NCBI GenBank assembly: GCA_025060135.1
Contig: JANXCY010000015.1
Coordinates: 1 to 50,920 of the forward strand
Source: Anaerolineae bacterium
Lineage (GTDB): Bacteria; Chloroflexota; Anaerolineae; B4-G1; DUEL01
DNA: 50,920 nt
Direction of reading: 5' to 3'
Position 1 is the first letter of the stretch. Each line of letters starts with the position of its first letter. Below, piece after piece: positions 1 to 8,633 of this stretch. Below the pieces are notes generated by a model, which was not told where the DNA came from, did not search any database, and was given only the letters and a program-made list of their open reading frames with translations. The position numbers were made by a program, and so were the translations under genes.

Positions 1-502
1 GGCCATTGGCGACGTGCTCCAGTTTCGGAAGGAAATGGATGCGGCGCTTTCGTCCTATGAGGCGGCGCTGACCCTCTACCGGGCGGTGGGCGCCCGGCTG
101 GGGGAGGCCAACACCCTCCAGGCCATTGGCGACGTGCTCCAGTTTCGGAAGGAAATGGATGCAGCGCTTTCGTCCTATGAGGCGGCGCTGACCCTCTTTC
201 GGCAGATTGGGGACCGGCTGGGGGAGGCCAACACCCTGGCCTCCCTGAGCCGCCTGGCCCTCCGGGAGGGTCGGGACGAGCAGGCCCGCGCCCTCCTCCA
301 GCAGGCCGTCTCCCTCCATCAGGCCATTGGCGACCGCTACAGCGTCGCCGCAGACCTGGGCAACTTCGGCCTGGCCCTGCGGGAACTGGGCCGCCTGGAT
401 GAGGCCCGCCCCTACCTCCTGCAGGCAGCGGAAATCTTGGACGCCATCGGCCTTCCCCAACTGGCCGCGCAGATGCGGCAGGCAGTGGGAGGCGCCGACT
501 GA
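1..502 (+). CDS. TPR-like (40-aa repeat) protein, C-terminal part; 5' end lies outside the window
   Basis: The frame is open from base 2 and continues the repeat QAIGDVLQFRKEMDAALSSYEAALTL....GEANTL. 40-residue helical repeats are typical of TPR_10/TPR_12. Bases 1-77 and 121-197 are near-identical, a 120-bp tandem duplication. Stop codon at 500-502. Confidence 0.6.
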   Translation, partial: AIGDVLQFRKEMDAALSSYEAALTLYRAVGARLGEANTLQAIGDVLQFRKEMDAALSSYEAALTLFRQIGDRLGEANTLASLSRLALREGRDEQARALLQQAVSLHQAIGDRYSVAADLGNFGLALRELGRLDEARPYLLQAAEILDAIGLPQLAAQMRQAVGGAD

Positions 503-880
503 AGGCGGCCTTCCTGGGCCTTGGGCCTCCCGTCGGCCTTCGCCGACGGGGATTTCTGTGTCGGCGCAGGCCGACACCTGGCGCGCAGCGCCCAAGGAAG
601 GCTGATTTCCAATCAGCGCCGACTGAAGGCGGCCTTCCTGGGCCTGGGGCCTCCCGTCGGCCTTCGCCGACGAAGATTTCTATGTCGGCGCAGGCCGACA
701 CCGGGCGCTTGTTGCGAGCGCAGCGAAGCAACCCAGCGCCCAGGCAGGCTGATTTCCAATCAGCGCAAAGGCGGCCTCCCTGCGCAGAGCGCCTATGAAG
801 GCTGATTTCCAATCAGCGCCATTCCGCCCGGCTTCGTGGCTCACGACGAACGGCGCCATCCCGCCCGGCTTCGTGGCGTG
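492..880. repeat. Composite intergenic repeat array. Unit A (~87 bp) at 492-578 and 616-702. Unit B (aggctgatttccaatcagcgc) at ~599-620, 746-766 and 799-820. Unit C (cat(t/c)ccgcccggcttcgtggc) at ~820-840 and 857-877.
   Basis: Direct sequence comparison. Every unit contains dyad symmetry: cgtcggc-cttc-gccgacg, tgtcggc-gcag-gccgaca, ctgatt-tcc-aatcag. Unit A copy 1 overlaps the TPR gene stop. Confidence 0.65.
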
Positions 881-924
881 CCGAACAACCCCACGCGACT
901 CTGCAGCGTGATCCTCTCCACAAA

Positions 925-1557
925 GTGGACACAAACGGAGTACGCAACACGCAACACGAAGTGCCTATGCCCACGATAGATGAACTCATTGCCCAACTCT
1001 ATCAGATGCGCCAGCAGGCCCGTCTGGCCGGCGGACAGGAGCGCATAGACCGCCAGCACGCCCAGGCGTCGTCCCCCAGATTTCCGCCATCATGGGCCCC
1101 TGTGCGGGCGGCGCCGTCTACTCCCCCGCCATGACCGACTTCAGCCTCATGGTCAAGGATACCAACCACATGTTCATCACTGGCCCGGACGTCATCAAAG
1201 CGGTCACCCGGGAGGAGGTAACCTTTGAGGAACTGGGCGGGGCAATGACCCACGCCACCAAAAGCGGCGTCGCCCACTTCGCCGCCGAGAACGAGGAGCA
1301 CTGCTTTGACCTCATCCATCGCCTCCTCTCCTACATCCCCCAGCACAACATGGAGAACCCGCCCTTCATCCCCACCGCCGACTCTGAGGACTGGATGGAC
1401 GAGGAATTGAAGGGTGAACATCATCTTCCGCAAAGAGGACGACGTCATAGAGCCCCAGGAGACCCGCCCCCGGCTGATAGAGGCGTTGAAAATGTTGCGC
1501 AACAAACGAGACGCCAACCCGCCCAAGAAACATGGCAACATCCCGCTGTAGGGGCAA
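925..1557 (+). pseudogene. pccB: Remnant of propionyl-CoA/acyl-CoA carboxylase carboxyltransferase beta subunit (PccB/AccD5-like) with multiple internal deletions and frame changes
   Basis: Three collinear fragments. N-terminal MPTIDELIAQLYQMRQQARLAGGQERIDRQHAQ (frame 1, 925-~1062). Middle GVVPQISAIMGPCAGGAVYSPAMTDF...HFAAENEE...LLSYIPQHNMENPP...EEL (frame 0, ~1065-1409). C-terminal VNIIFRKE/DDVIEPQETRPRLIEALKMLRNKRDANPPKKHGNIPL-stop (frame 1, 1411-1557). Roughly 630 nt remain of an expected ~1.6 kb. Confidence 0.75.
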
Positions 1558-1611
1558 CCCTGGCGGTTGTCCTGCCGGGCAGGGGCAAGCCCTGCCCCTA
1601 CGGAGACACCT

Positions 1612-2406
1612 ATGCCCTCTCTCTGGCTCACGTCCGACCGTCCCCTCAACATTGCCCATCGCGGGGCCAGCGCGGTCGCGCCGCCGAACACCCTGGCCGC
1701 CTTCCGCCGCGCTGCCGACCTGGGCGCCGACGGCGTGGAACTGGATGTCCACCTCTCCGCTGACGGCGTTCCGGTAGTCATCCACGATTTCACTGTGGAC
1801 GCGACGACCGACGGGAGCGGGCGGGTACGGGACCTGCCGCTGGCGGCGCTGAAGGCCCTGGACGCCGGTTCCCGCTTTGACCCTGCCTTCGCCGGGGAGC
1901 GCATCCCGACCCTGGAGGAGGTCTTCGCCGAAGTGGGGGGCCGCCTACTGGTCAATGTGGAACTGAAATCCATGCCGGGCAACGACTATCCAGGGCTGGA
2001 AGCGGCGGTGGCAGCACTGATCCGGCGGCACGGCCTGACCAACCGGGTGCTGGTCTCCTCCTTCAACCCGTTCGCCCTGCGGCGCTTTCGCCGGGAGATG
2101 CCGGAGGTGCCCATTGGATTTCTCTATGAGACGGCGCCTCTTTCCCGCGCCGCGCGCCTGGCGGCAGCGCTCGTCGGCCTGCGCCCCCAGGCCGTCCACC
2201 CCTGGTGGAGGATGATCACCCCTCAGACCGTCCGATGGGCCCATGCCCGGGGCCGGCGCATCGTGGCCTGGACGGTGGACGACCCGGCGGCCATAGCCCG
2301 CCTGGCGGCGTGGGGAGTAGACGCCATCATCACCAACCACCCCGATCGGATGTATCGGACGCTGGAGCCCAGAAGCGACCCCCCAAAAGGAGGCATCATC
2401 GAATGA
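1612..2406 (+). CDS. Glycerophosphodiester phosphodiesterase (GDPD family)
   Basis: NIAHRGAS...ELDVHLSADGVPVVIHD motifs. ATG at 1612 follows GGAGA. The open frame extends upstream to 1567. Confidence 0.8.
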   Translation: MPSLWLTSDRPLNIAHRGASAVAPPNTLAAFRRAADLGADGVELDVHLSADGVPVVIHDFTVDATTDGSGRVRDLPLAALKALDAGSRFDPAFAGERIPTLEEVFAEVGGRLLVNVELKSMPGNDYPGLEAAVAALIRRHGLTNRVLVSSFNPFALRRFRREMPEVPIGFLYETAPLSRAARLAAALVGLRPQAVHPWWRMITPQTVRWAHARGRRIVAWTVDDPAAIARLAAWGVDAIITNHPDRMYRTLEPRSDPPKGGIIE

Positions 2407-3521
2407 GCCCTTGGGAAACTGATTGTACCTTTATCCAGAAAGCAATGAGCATGTACACCCGCCGCGAATTCTTGAAAATCTCACTGACTGTGCTGGCCGC
2501 GCTGGCGCCGTGGCCGGGGCAGAGATGGCTCTGGCGGCCCCAGTCCGGCGGGCCCGTGCGCATGGGCCGGGCCATCCGTCCCGTTACCCTCTACGACGCC
2601 CCGAAGCGGGACGCCCGACGCCTGGGCTCCTGGAGCCAGGACGACGTCTTCCCCATTGTCCGGGAGGTGCGAGCCCCTGGCCTGAACGCCTACAACGATC
2701 TCTGGTACGAGACACCCGACGGCTACGTTTTTTCCGCCTGGGTTCAGCCGATGTGGGTCTGGCCTCCGCAACTTCCGGACCTGAACATCGGCGATTGGGG
2801 ATTCTGGGGAGAAGTCTGCGCCCCGTATACCGAGGCTCGAGAGGAGCCCCATCCGGAGGCGAAAAGAGTCTACCGCTTTTATAACGGAACCACCTATCAC
2901 GTGGTGGGATGGGCCCGGGACGACCAGGGCAATATCTGGTACAAAATCTACGACGAACTCCCGCCCACAGGCTACCAGTGGGTCCTGGCCATCGACATCC
3001 GGCGCATAGCTCGACGGGAATTCGTGCCCCTTCGTCCCTTTGCTGGAGCCAAGCGTATAGAGATTGACCTTTCCCGCCAGACGGTAACCTGTTATGAAGG
3101 AACCCGGGTGGTCTTTGCCACTCGTTGTGCGTCCGGCCTCGGCAAGCGGGTACTGGCGGACGGGACGGTGGAGGACCTCTCCACCCCCGAGGGCGACCAC
3201 GCGGTGATCCTGAAACAGGTCTCCCGGCATATGAGCAACCGCCCCCAGAAGCCCGGGGACCCCATGCCAGCGGACCTCTTTGACCTGCCCGGAGTGCCAT
3301 GGAACATCTTCTTTGACCGCAGTGGAGCGGCCATTCACGGGACGTATTGGCATAACGACTTCGGCATTCCCCGCAGTCACGGGTGCGTCAACGTCTCCAT
3401 AGAGGCGGCGCGCTGGATCTACCGGTGGGTCTACCCGGTGGGCGGCGCGGAGGACGATTTCATCCAAGGGGATACACGGGTCGGTACACCCATCCGGATT
3501 TTCAAATCCGGAGATCTTTGA
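2403..3521 (+). CDS. L,D-transpeptidase (YkuD) domain protein with Tat-type signal (RREFLK)
   Basis: C-terminal HGT...SHGCVNV catalytic motif. N-terminal MYTRREFLKISLTVLAALA twin-arginine signal. ATG at 2403 overlaps the GDPD stop (ATGA) and follows AAGGAGG. Alternative start at 2445. Confidence 0.7.
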   Translation: MSPWETDCTFIQKAMSMYTRREFLKISLTVLAALAPWPGQRWLWRPQSGGPVRMGRAIRPVTLYDAPKRDARRLGSWSQDDVFPIVREVRAPGLNAYNDLWYETPDGYVFSAWVQPMWVWPPQLPDLNIGDWGFWGEVCAPYTEAREEPHPEAKRVYRFYNGTTYHVVGWARDDQGNIWYKIYDELPPTGYQWVLAIDIRRIARREFVPLRPFAGAKRIEIDLSRQTVTCYEGTRVVFATRCASGLGKRVLADGTVEDLSTPEGDHAVILKQVSRHMSNRPQKPGDPMPADLFDLPGVPWNIFFDRSGAAIHGTYWHNDFGIPRSHGCVNVSIEAARWIYRWVYPVGGAEDDFIQGDTRVGTPIRIFKSGDL

Positions 3522-3537
3522 ACAGGTAGCACACCCG

Positions 3538-4302
3538 ATGGAGGACTGGGAAATTCAACTGGCACGCGCCGCCGATCTGTTGAAAAATGCCCGCCACGCA
3601 GTCGCGCTGACCGGCGCAGGGATCAGCACGCCCTCAGGCATCCCGGACTTCCGCTCTCCGGGTTCGGGACTCTGGGAAAAAGAGGACCCGATGGAAGTCG
3701 CCTCTATCTACGTGTTGCGTCGGGAACCCCAGCGGTTCTACCAGTGGGTACGCCCGCTGGTGGCATTGATGCGCCAGGCCCGGCCCAATCCGGCCCATGT
3801 GGCCCTGGCCCAACTGGAAGCCGCCGGTCGCCTCCAGGCGGTCATCACCCAGAACATTGACGGGCTGCACCAGCGGGCTGGCTCCCGGGTCGTTCTGGAA
3901 CTGCATGGCCACCTGCGGACAGCGACCTGTCTGAACTGTTTCCGCCAGGTGCCAACGGAAGGGCTGGAGGAGATCGTGGAGCAGGGAAAAGTGCCTCACT
4001 GTTCGGCGTGCGGCGGGGTCCTGAAACCAGACGCCGTTCTCTTTGGAGAGCAATTGCCCACCGAGGTGTTCACTGCAGCGATGGAGCATGCTCGCCAGGC
4101 CGACCTGATGCTGGTAGTTGGCTCATCGCTGATGGTGATGCCCGCTGCCCGACTCCCGGCAATCACCTACGCCAGCGGAGGGGCGTTGCTGATTTTCAAC
4201 CAGCAAAGCACTTACGCCGACACCTTCGCTGCTGCCGTTTTCCGGGCCGACGTGGTGGAGACGCTCCCCCGCCTGGTCCGGCTCTGCCTGGAGGGGGATT
4301 AA
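3538..4302 (+). CDS. cobB: NAD-dependent protein deacylase, Sir2 family
   Basis: GAGISTPSGIPDFRS, QNIDGLH, Zn-ribbon CLNC...CSACGG, GSSLMV motifs. Confidence 0.85.
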   Translation: MEDWEIQLARAADLLKNARHAVALTGAGISTPSGIPDFRSPGSGLWEKEDPMEVASIYVLRREPQRFYQWVRPLVALMRQARPNPAHVALAQLEAAGRLQAVITQNIDGLHQRAGSRVVLELHGHLRTATCLNCFRQVPTEGLEEIVEQGKVPHCSACGGVLKPDAVLFGEQLPTEVFTAAMEHARQADLMLVVGSSLMVMPAARLPAITYASGGALLIFNQQSTYADTFAAAVFRADVVETLPRLVRLCLEGD

Positions 4303-4345
4303 GGCCCCTGGCCACCATTTTGCAGGACCTGCTCTATGCGAAACA

Positions 4346-4366
4346 TAGCGCAGGCCGCCCGGCCTG
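4346..4366. repeat. REP-like palindromic element tagcgcaggccgcccggcctg
   Basis: 7-bp inverted arms caggccg/cggcctg. Same unit recurs at 28039-28083, 28996-29058 and elsewhere. Located in the convergent gap between cobB and the histidine kinase. Confidence 0.6.
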
Positions 4367-4424
4367 TCCGATCCAGGCGAACGACCTGCGCTGCAAGAAT
4401 GGGCGCGAATTTCCCGCTTTTGAC

Positions 4425-7370
4425 TCACCCCAACACCCGACGGACCATCTCTGCCAGACGCTCCACCTCAAAGGGTTTGCGGACCACCTCCAGCACCCCG
4501 GCTTGGCGGATGTGTTCCACTTCGGGGTCCTCACCGTAGCCAGTAACGGCGATTATCTTTACCTCGGGATTCTGCCGCCGCAGCGCCTCCACCAGCGCCG
4601 CGCCGCTCATCCCCGGCATGACCACATCGGTGAGCACCAGGTCCACCCGCTCCGCAGCGTACACCTCCAGCGCTTCCCACCCGTTCGCGGCCTCCAGCAC
4701 CCGGTAGCCCAGCCGCTGCAGGATCTCCCGCCCTGCCGCGCGCAGCGTCGCGTGATCCTCCACCAGCAGGATGGTCTCCCCCCGACCGGCATGCAGAAGG
4801 CCCTCGGCCGCGGGCTCCGGAAGGGAAACCTCCTCTACCAGCAAAGGCAGGTAGACCCGGAAGGTCGTCCCCTTCCCCACCTCTGTCTCCACGCCGATGT
4901 GCCCACCGTGTTGCTGGACGATGCCGTAGACCTGCGCCAACCCCAAGCCCGTTCCCAGGCCCCGCGGCTTGGTGGTGAAGAACGGCTCAAAAATGTGAGG
5001 GAGCACTTCCGGTGGGATGCCGGTACCGGTATCGGCAATCTCCAGGCAGACCCATTCCCCGGCTTCCATCCCTGCCAGAGGGGGCTGATCCTCCCATCCC
5101 ACCGTCAACCGGGAAAGCCCCAGACGGACCTCCCCGCCCTGGGGCATAGCATCCCGCGCGTTCAGCACCATATTGATGACAGCCTGCTGTAAGCGGGCCG
5201 GGTCGCCTCGGATGAGGAAGGGCCCCGCCCCGGTAACCAGCCGCAACCGAATGCTCTCGGGAATGGTCCGCTCCAGGACCTTGGTCAGTTCCTTGAGAAA
5301 CGGTGCCAGATCCATGGGGCGGGCTTCCATCGGCGCGCGACGGCTAAAATCCAATACCTGCTGTACCAGCTGAGTGGCCTGCTGGGATTCGCCAATGATG
5401 ACCCGTAGGAACTGGGACAGGTCGGAGGGGAGCCGGGGATGCTCCAGCGCCATCTGGGCATAGAGAATGATGGTGGTGAGAAGATTGTTGAAGTCGTGGG
5501 CGATGCCGCTGGCCAGTTGCCCTACGGCCGCCAGCCGTTCTTGTTGCTCCAGTTGCGCCTGGAGGAACCGCTCCTGGGTGACTTCCCGGACCACCAACAC
5601 CCACCCACCGCTGGGCCCGATGCCCGAGACCGGCCGGGCGGCCATCTGAAAGGTCCGCCGGAGATGAGAGAGCACGACCTCGTGCCAGCCATTTCCGGGT
5701 GGGGCGACCAAGAACTCCTCCAGCGGGCGACCCGCCAGGTGGGTAAGTACATCTCCCGGGTGCGCGTCGGTCAGTACCGGTAGCATCTCCTGCGCCGCCG
5801 GGTTGGTCAGCAGAATCCGATGATCCCCGTCCAGGAGGAGAACGCCTTCGGGGAGCCGTTCTACCAGGGCGGAGAGACGCGCCTCCTGCGCCGCCAGCGC
5901 GGCCCGCAGATCGGCCTGGTAAAGAGCCACGGCCAGTTGGGCGGAGACCTCCTGCAGAATCTCCGCGTGTTCCGTGGTCAGCATGCCCGGGCTGGCAGAA
6001 ACGATGGCCAGCCAGCCCTGCAGTTCACCCCCCACCCGCAGCGGTACCGCAATGTAGGACCGCACGCCCGCAGCCAGCAGAGCCCTCTGGGCCGGAGAGG
6101 GCGAGATGGCAAGAAGATCCGGCACAAAGATGATCTCACCCCGGCGGCTGGCCTCAATCTCCCAGTCCACCCCGGCCAGCGAGAGGCGAAACCCGGGGCC
6201 AATCCGAATCTCGCTATTCATCTGGCTCGCCAGGACCACGCCCTCACCGGTGGCTGGCTGATACGCCAGCACCCCCGCACCACTGCAGGGTACCAGGCGG
6301 CAGATGTACCGAAGCGCCTGGCAAGCCACCTCTTCGGGGGATTGAGCCGCCAGAATGGCCGAGTCCAGCGCCCGCAACGCCTGCAGCCGCTCTGCGTATC
6401 GCTGCAGCGCTTCTTCCGCCTGCTTCCACCCCGAGATCTCGGTGAAGACGGCCAGGGAACCCACGAAACGCCCCATTTCGTCAAAGCGAGGGACATCGCT
6501 GACCAGCACCGGTACCCGCCGTCCATCTTTCCGCAGCAGTTCCAGTTCGTATCGGTCGCTCAGGCCGCGCCTTCGCCGCCGCATGGCAGCCTGTACGATG
6601 GACCGCTGATCAGACGGGATAATAGCGTTTTGGTGCTGGCCGGTCAACTCCTGGGGCTCGTAACCCAGAAGATGCGCAGCAGCCGGATTGACGAACGTTA
6701 TATACCCGGCTTCATCCATTATAATGATGCCCTCGGCCAGGGAGTTGACAATTTCGGCATTGAAGGCCGCCAGGCGCCGCGCCTCCTGAAGGAGGCGGGC
6801 ATTCTGGAGGGCCAGGCCAATTTGAGTCGCCACGGTCTGCAGAAGCGCGGCGTCCTCCGGCGTGTAGGCGGCACGGCGGTAACTCCGGACCTCCAGCAGG
6901 CCTATGACCCGTCCCTCCACGACCATGGGGACGTAGAGGGCGGAACGAGCGCGGGGTTCCCTGGCCACAATGGCGTTGCCTTCTGCACCGGTCGGAGTCA
7001 GGTCGGGAATGATCTCCGGCCGGGCAGCCGCGATGGCCCGACTCCGGCCACTCCGCGCATCCGGGACATGGGCCAGCGGTGGGATCTGGCGGACGTCCAG
7101 TTCGGTCTCCCCCTCTGCCATAAACGCGGTGGTGATGGTCTGCCCCTGAGGGTCCAGAAGAGAGATGCCGAAGACCGGAGCGTCCACCAGCCGCCGTACG
7201 CCGTCCCGCGCGATGCGGTAGATGGCGAGGAGGTCCGGGGCGGCAGCCAGCGCCTGCCCGATTTCGTTGACAACTATCAGTTGTCGGGCCCGGCGCTCCG
7301 CCGCCACCCGGGCACGCATAGCGGCGATGGCCGCAGCAACTCTCTGGCCGATGAGGGTGAGCAGACGCAT
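4425..7370 (-). CDS. Cytoplasmic hybrid sensor histidine kinase/response regulator (GAF-PAS-GAF-PAS-HisKA-HATPase_c-REC)
   Basis: H-box GIAHDFNNLL, ATPase G-boxes DTGTGI / GLGLA, C-terminal receiver LLVEDHA...DLVLTDVVMPGMSG. No TM segments. Confidence 0.85.
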   Translation of the reverse strand: MRLLTLIGQRVAAAIAAMRARVAAERRARQLIVVNEIGQALAAAPDLLAIYRIARDGVRRLVDAPVFGISLLDPQGQTITTAFMAEGETELDVRQIPPLAHVPDARSGRSRAIAAARPEIIPDLTPTGAEGNAIVAREPRARSALYVPMVVEGRVIGLLEVRSYRRAAYTPEDAALLQTVATQIGLALQNARLLQEARRLAAFNAEIVNSLAEGIIIMDEAGYITFVNPAAAHLLGYEPQELTGQHQNAIIPSDQRSIVQAAMRRRRRGLSDRYELELLRKDGRRVPVLVSDVPRFDEMGRFVGSLAVFTEISGWKQAEEALQRYAERLQALRALDSAILAAQSPEEVACQALRYICRLVPCSGAGVLAYQPATGEGVVLASQMNSEIRIGPGFRLSLAGVDWEIEASRRGEIIFVPDLLAISPSPAQRALLAAGVRSYIAVPLRVGGELQGWLAIVSASPGMLTTEHAEILQEVSAQLAVALYQADLRAALAAQEARLSALVERLPEGVLLLDGDHRILLTNPAAQEMLPVLTDAHPGDVLTHLAGRPLEEFLVAPPGNGWHEVVLSHLRRTFQMAARPVSGIGPSGGWVLVVREVTQERFLQAQLEQQERLAAVGQLASGIAHDFNNLLTTIILYAQMALEHPRLPSDLSQFLRVIIGESQQATQLVQQVLDFSRRAPMEARPMDLAPFLKELTKVLERTIPESIRLRLVTGAGPFLIRGDPARLQQAVINMVLNARDAMPQGGEVRLGLSRLTVGWEDQPPLAGMEAGEWVCLEIADTGTGIPPEVLPHIFEPFFTTKPRGLGTGLGLAQVYGIVQQHGGHIGVETEVGKGTTFRVYLPLLVEEVSLPEPAAEGLLHAGRGETILLVEDHATLRAAGREILQRLGYRVLEAANGWEALEVYAAERVDLVLTDVVMPGMSGAALVEALRRQNPEVKIIAVTGYGEDPEVEHIRQAGVLEVVRKPFEVERLAEMVRRVLG

Positions 7371-7402
7371 ATCGTTTTTGTGGGATTCAACACGAAAAAG
7401 GG

Positions 7403-7437
7403 TTGACGTCTCGGTCAGAATGAGTTACAATCATTCT
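7403..7437 (+). promoter_or_regulatory. Sigma-70-like promoter TTGACG-17 nt-TACAAT for the zinc-ribbon gene, with a 7-bp inverted repeat AGAATGA-N7-TCATTCT (7417-7437) spanning the -10
   Basis: ttgacg 7403-7408, tacaat 7426-7431, spacing 17. The palindrome is centred on the -10. Lies in a divergent gap shared with the histidine kinase start. Confidence 0.5.
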
Positions 7438-7449
7438 CGGAGGCGAAAG

Positions 7450-7680
7450 ATGCCCCTGTATGAGTACTTCTGCCAGCGATGCCAAACCCGGTTTGACGCC
7501 TTACGCCCGATGTCCAGCGCCGACGCGCCGATTCTCTGCCCGCGCTGTGGGAGCGGGGAGACCCGTCGGTTGATTTCTCTGTTTTCCGCCATTGGGAGCG
7601 AAGGAGTGATTGCCGGCGCCGGAGTCTCCTGCGCCTCCTGCGCGGCCACCTCCTGCGCCGGGTGTGGTTCCCGAAAGTAG
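7450..7680 (+). CDS. FmdB-family zinc-ribbon putative regulatory protein
   Basis: MPLYEYFCQRCQ...CPRCGS signature, Cys-rich tail. GGAGG 6 nt upstream of the ATG. Confidence 0.7.
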   Translation: MPLYEYFCQRCQTRFDALRPMSSADAPILCPRCGSGETRRLISLFSAIGSEGVIAGAGVSCASCAATSCAGCGSRK

Positions 7681-7706
7681 CGATGGGTTCCGTCCGGTCG
7701 CCGGTT

Positions 7707-8633
7707 TCACAGGATCACCTCCAGGACCCGGTCCCGCCCGGCTAGGTCCGGATAGAGGCGGGCGCGCGCCCCAGGTAGAGCAGTTCGCGCCAGAGCGAGT
7801 GCGTCGGCCCCCTGGCCGGCGCCGATTTCCATCAGCAGTACCCCACCCGGGCGGAGCCATCGGGCGGCATTTCTCAGCAACCGCCGGATCACCCGTAGTC
7901 CCCCGGGTCCGCCGTCCAGCGCCAGTCGGGGTTCGTACTCCCGCACGGATTCCGGCAGCGACCCCCATTCCTCCCCGGCCACGTACGGCGGATTGCTGAC
8001 CACCAGGTCCACCGGTCCCCTCAGCGGTGTAGCCAAGTCGGCCTGGAGGAAGTGAATGCGGTCGGCCACTCCATATCGCTGGGCATTCATTCGGGCGACC
8101 TCCAGCGCGGCATAGGAGAGATCGGTAGCGAAGACGCGAGCATGCGGCAACCGGACCGCCAGGGTTACCGCGATGCACCCGCTGCCTGTCCCCACATCCA
8201 CTGCGGTTCGGGGAGCCCATTCCAGGGCTCGCTCCACCAGCATTTCCGTCTCCGGGCGGGGGATGAGCACCGCCGGCGTAACGGTGAACTCCAGATCCAA
8301 GAACTCCACCCTTCCGGTCAGGTAGGGGAGCGGGACACCCGCCCTTCGGCGATCCAGCAGATCCGTATAGCGGACCCGTTCCTCGGCAGTGAGGAGGCGT
8401 TCCGGATGGGCCAGGAGCGCTGTTCGGCTGAGCCGGGTAACATGGGCCAGCAGGACCTCTGCCTCCAGCCGAGCCGTATCGGTGACGGAGGCCAGCCAGG
8501 CAGTCCCCTCCTGCAGCGCGGCGCCAACAGTGAGTGGTTGACAAACCATCATTTCCTGAAAGACCTGGAGCACAGGCCACCAGACCTGTGGATGCAGGTT
8601 CACCGTCCGAAACAGCCCGGGCAGCCCAATCAT
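7707..8633 (-). CDS. prmC: Release factor glutamine N5-methyltransferase
   Basis: VDVGTGSGCIA SAM motif and VSNPPY catalytic motif. Confidence 0.85.
   Translation of the reverse strand: MIGLPGLFRTVNLHPQVWWPVLQVFQEMMVCQPLTVGAALQEGTAWLASVTDTARLEAEVLLAHVTRLSRTALLAHPERLLTAEERVRYTDLLDRRRAGVPLPYLTGRVEFLDLEFTVTPAVLIPRPETEMLVERALEWAPRTAVDVGTGSGCIAVTLAVRLPHARVFATDLSYAALEVARMNAQRYGVADRIHFLQADLATPLRGPVDLVVSNPPYVAGEEWGSLPESVREYEPRLALDGGPGGLRVIRRLLRNAARWLRPGGVLLMEIGAGQGADALALARTALPGARARLYPDLAGRDRVLEVIL

Noticed and set aside
1002-1982. Long minus-strand ORF (326 aa) overlapping the pccB remnant and GDPD gene
   Set aside because: Arg/Pro/Ala/Gly-rich shadow ORF typical of high-GC antisense frames, with no motifs. 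The sense-strand genes are well supported.
5820-7406. 528-aa plus-strand ORF, and many similar 60-550-aa ORFs antisense to the histidine kinase, atpA, ileS and his genes (e.g. 7501..8580, 20130..21794, 28432..29748, 48308..50158)
   Set aside because: All lie opposite clearly homologous genes and have low-complexity R/G/P/A-rich translations. They are spurious open frames in GC-rich DNA.
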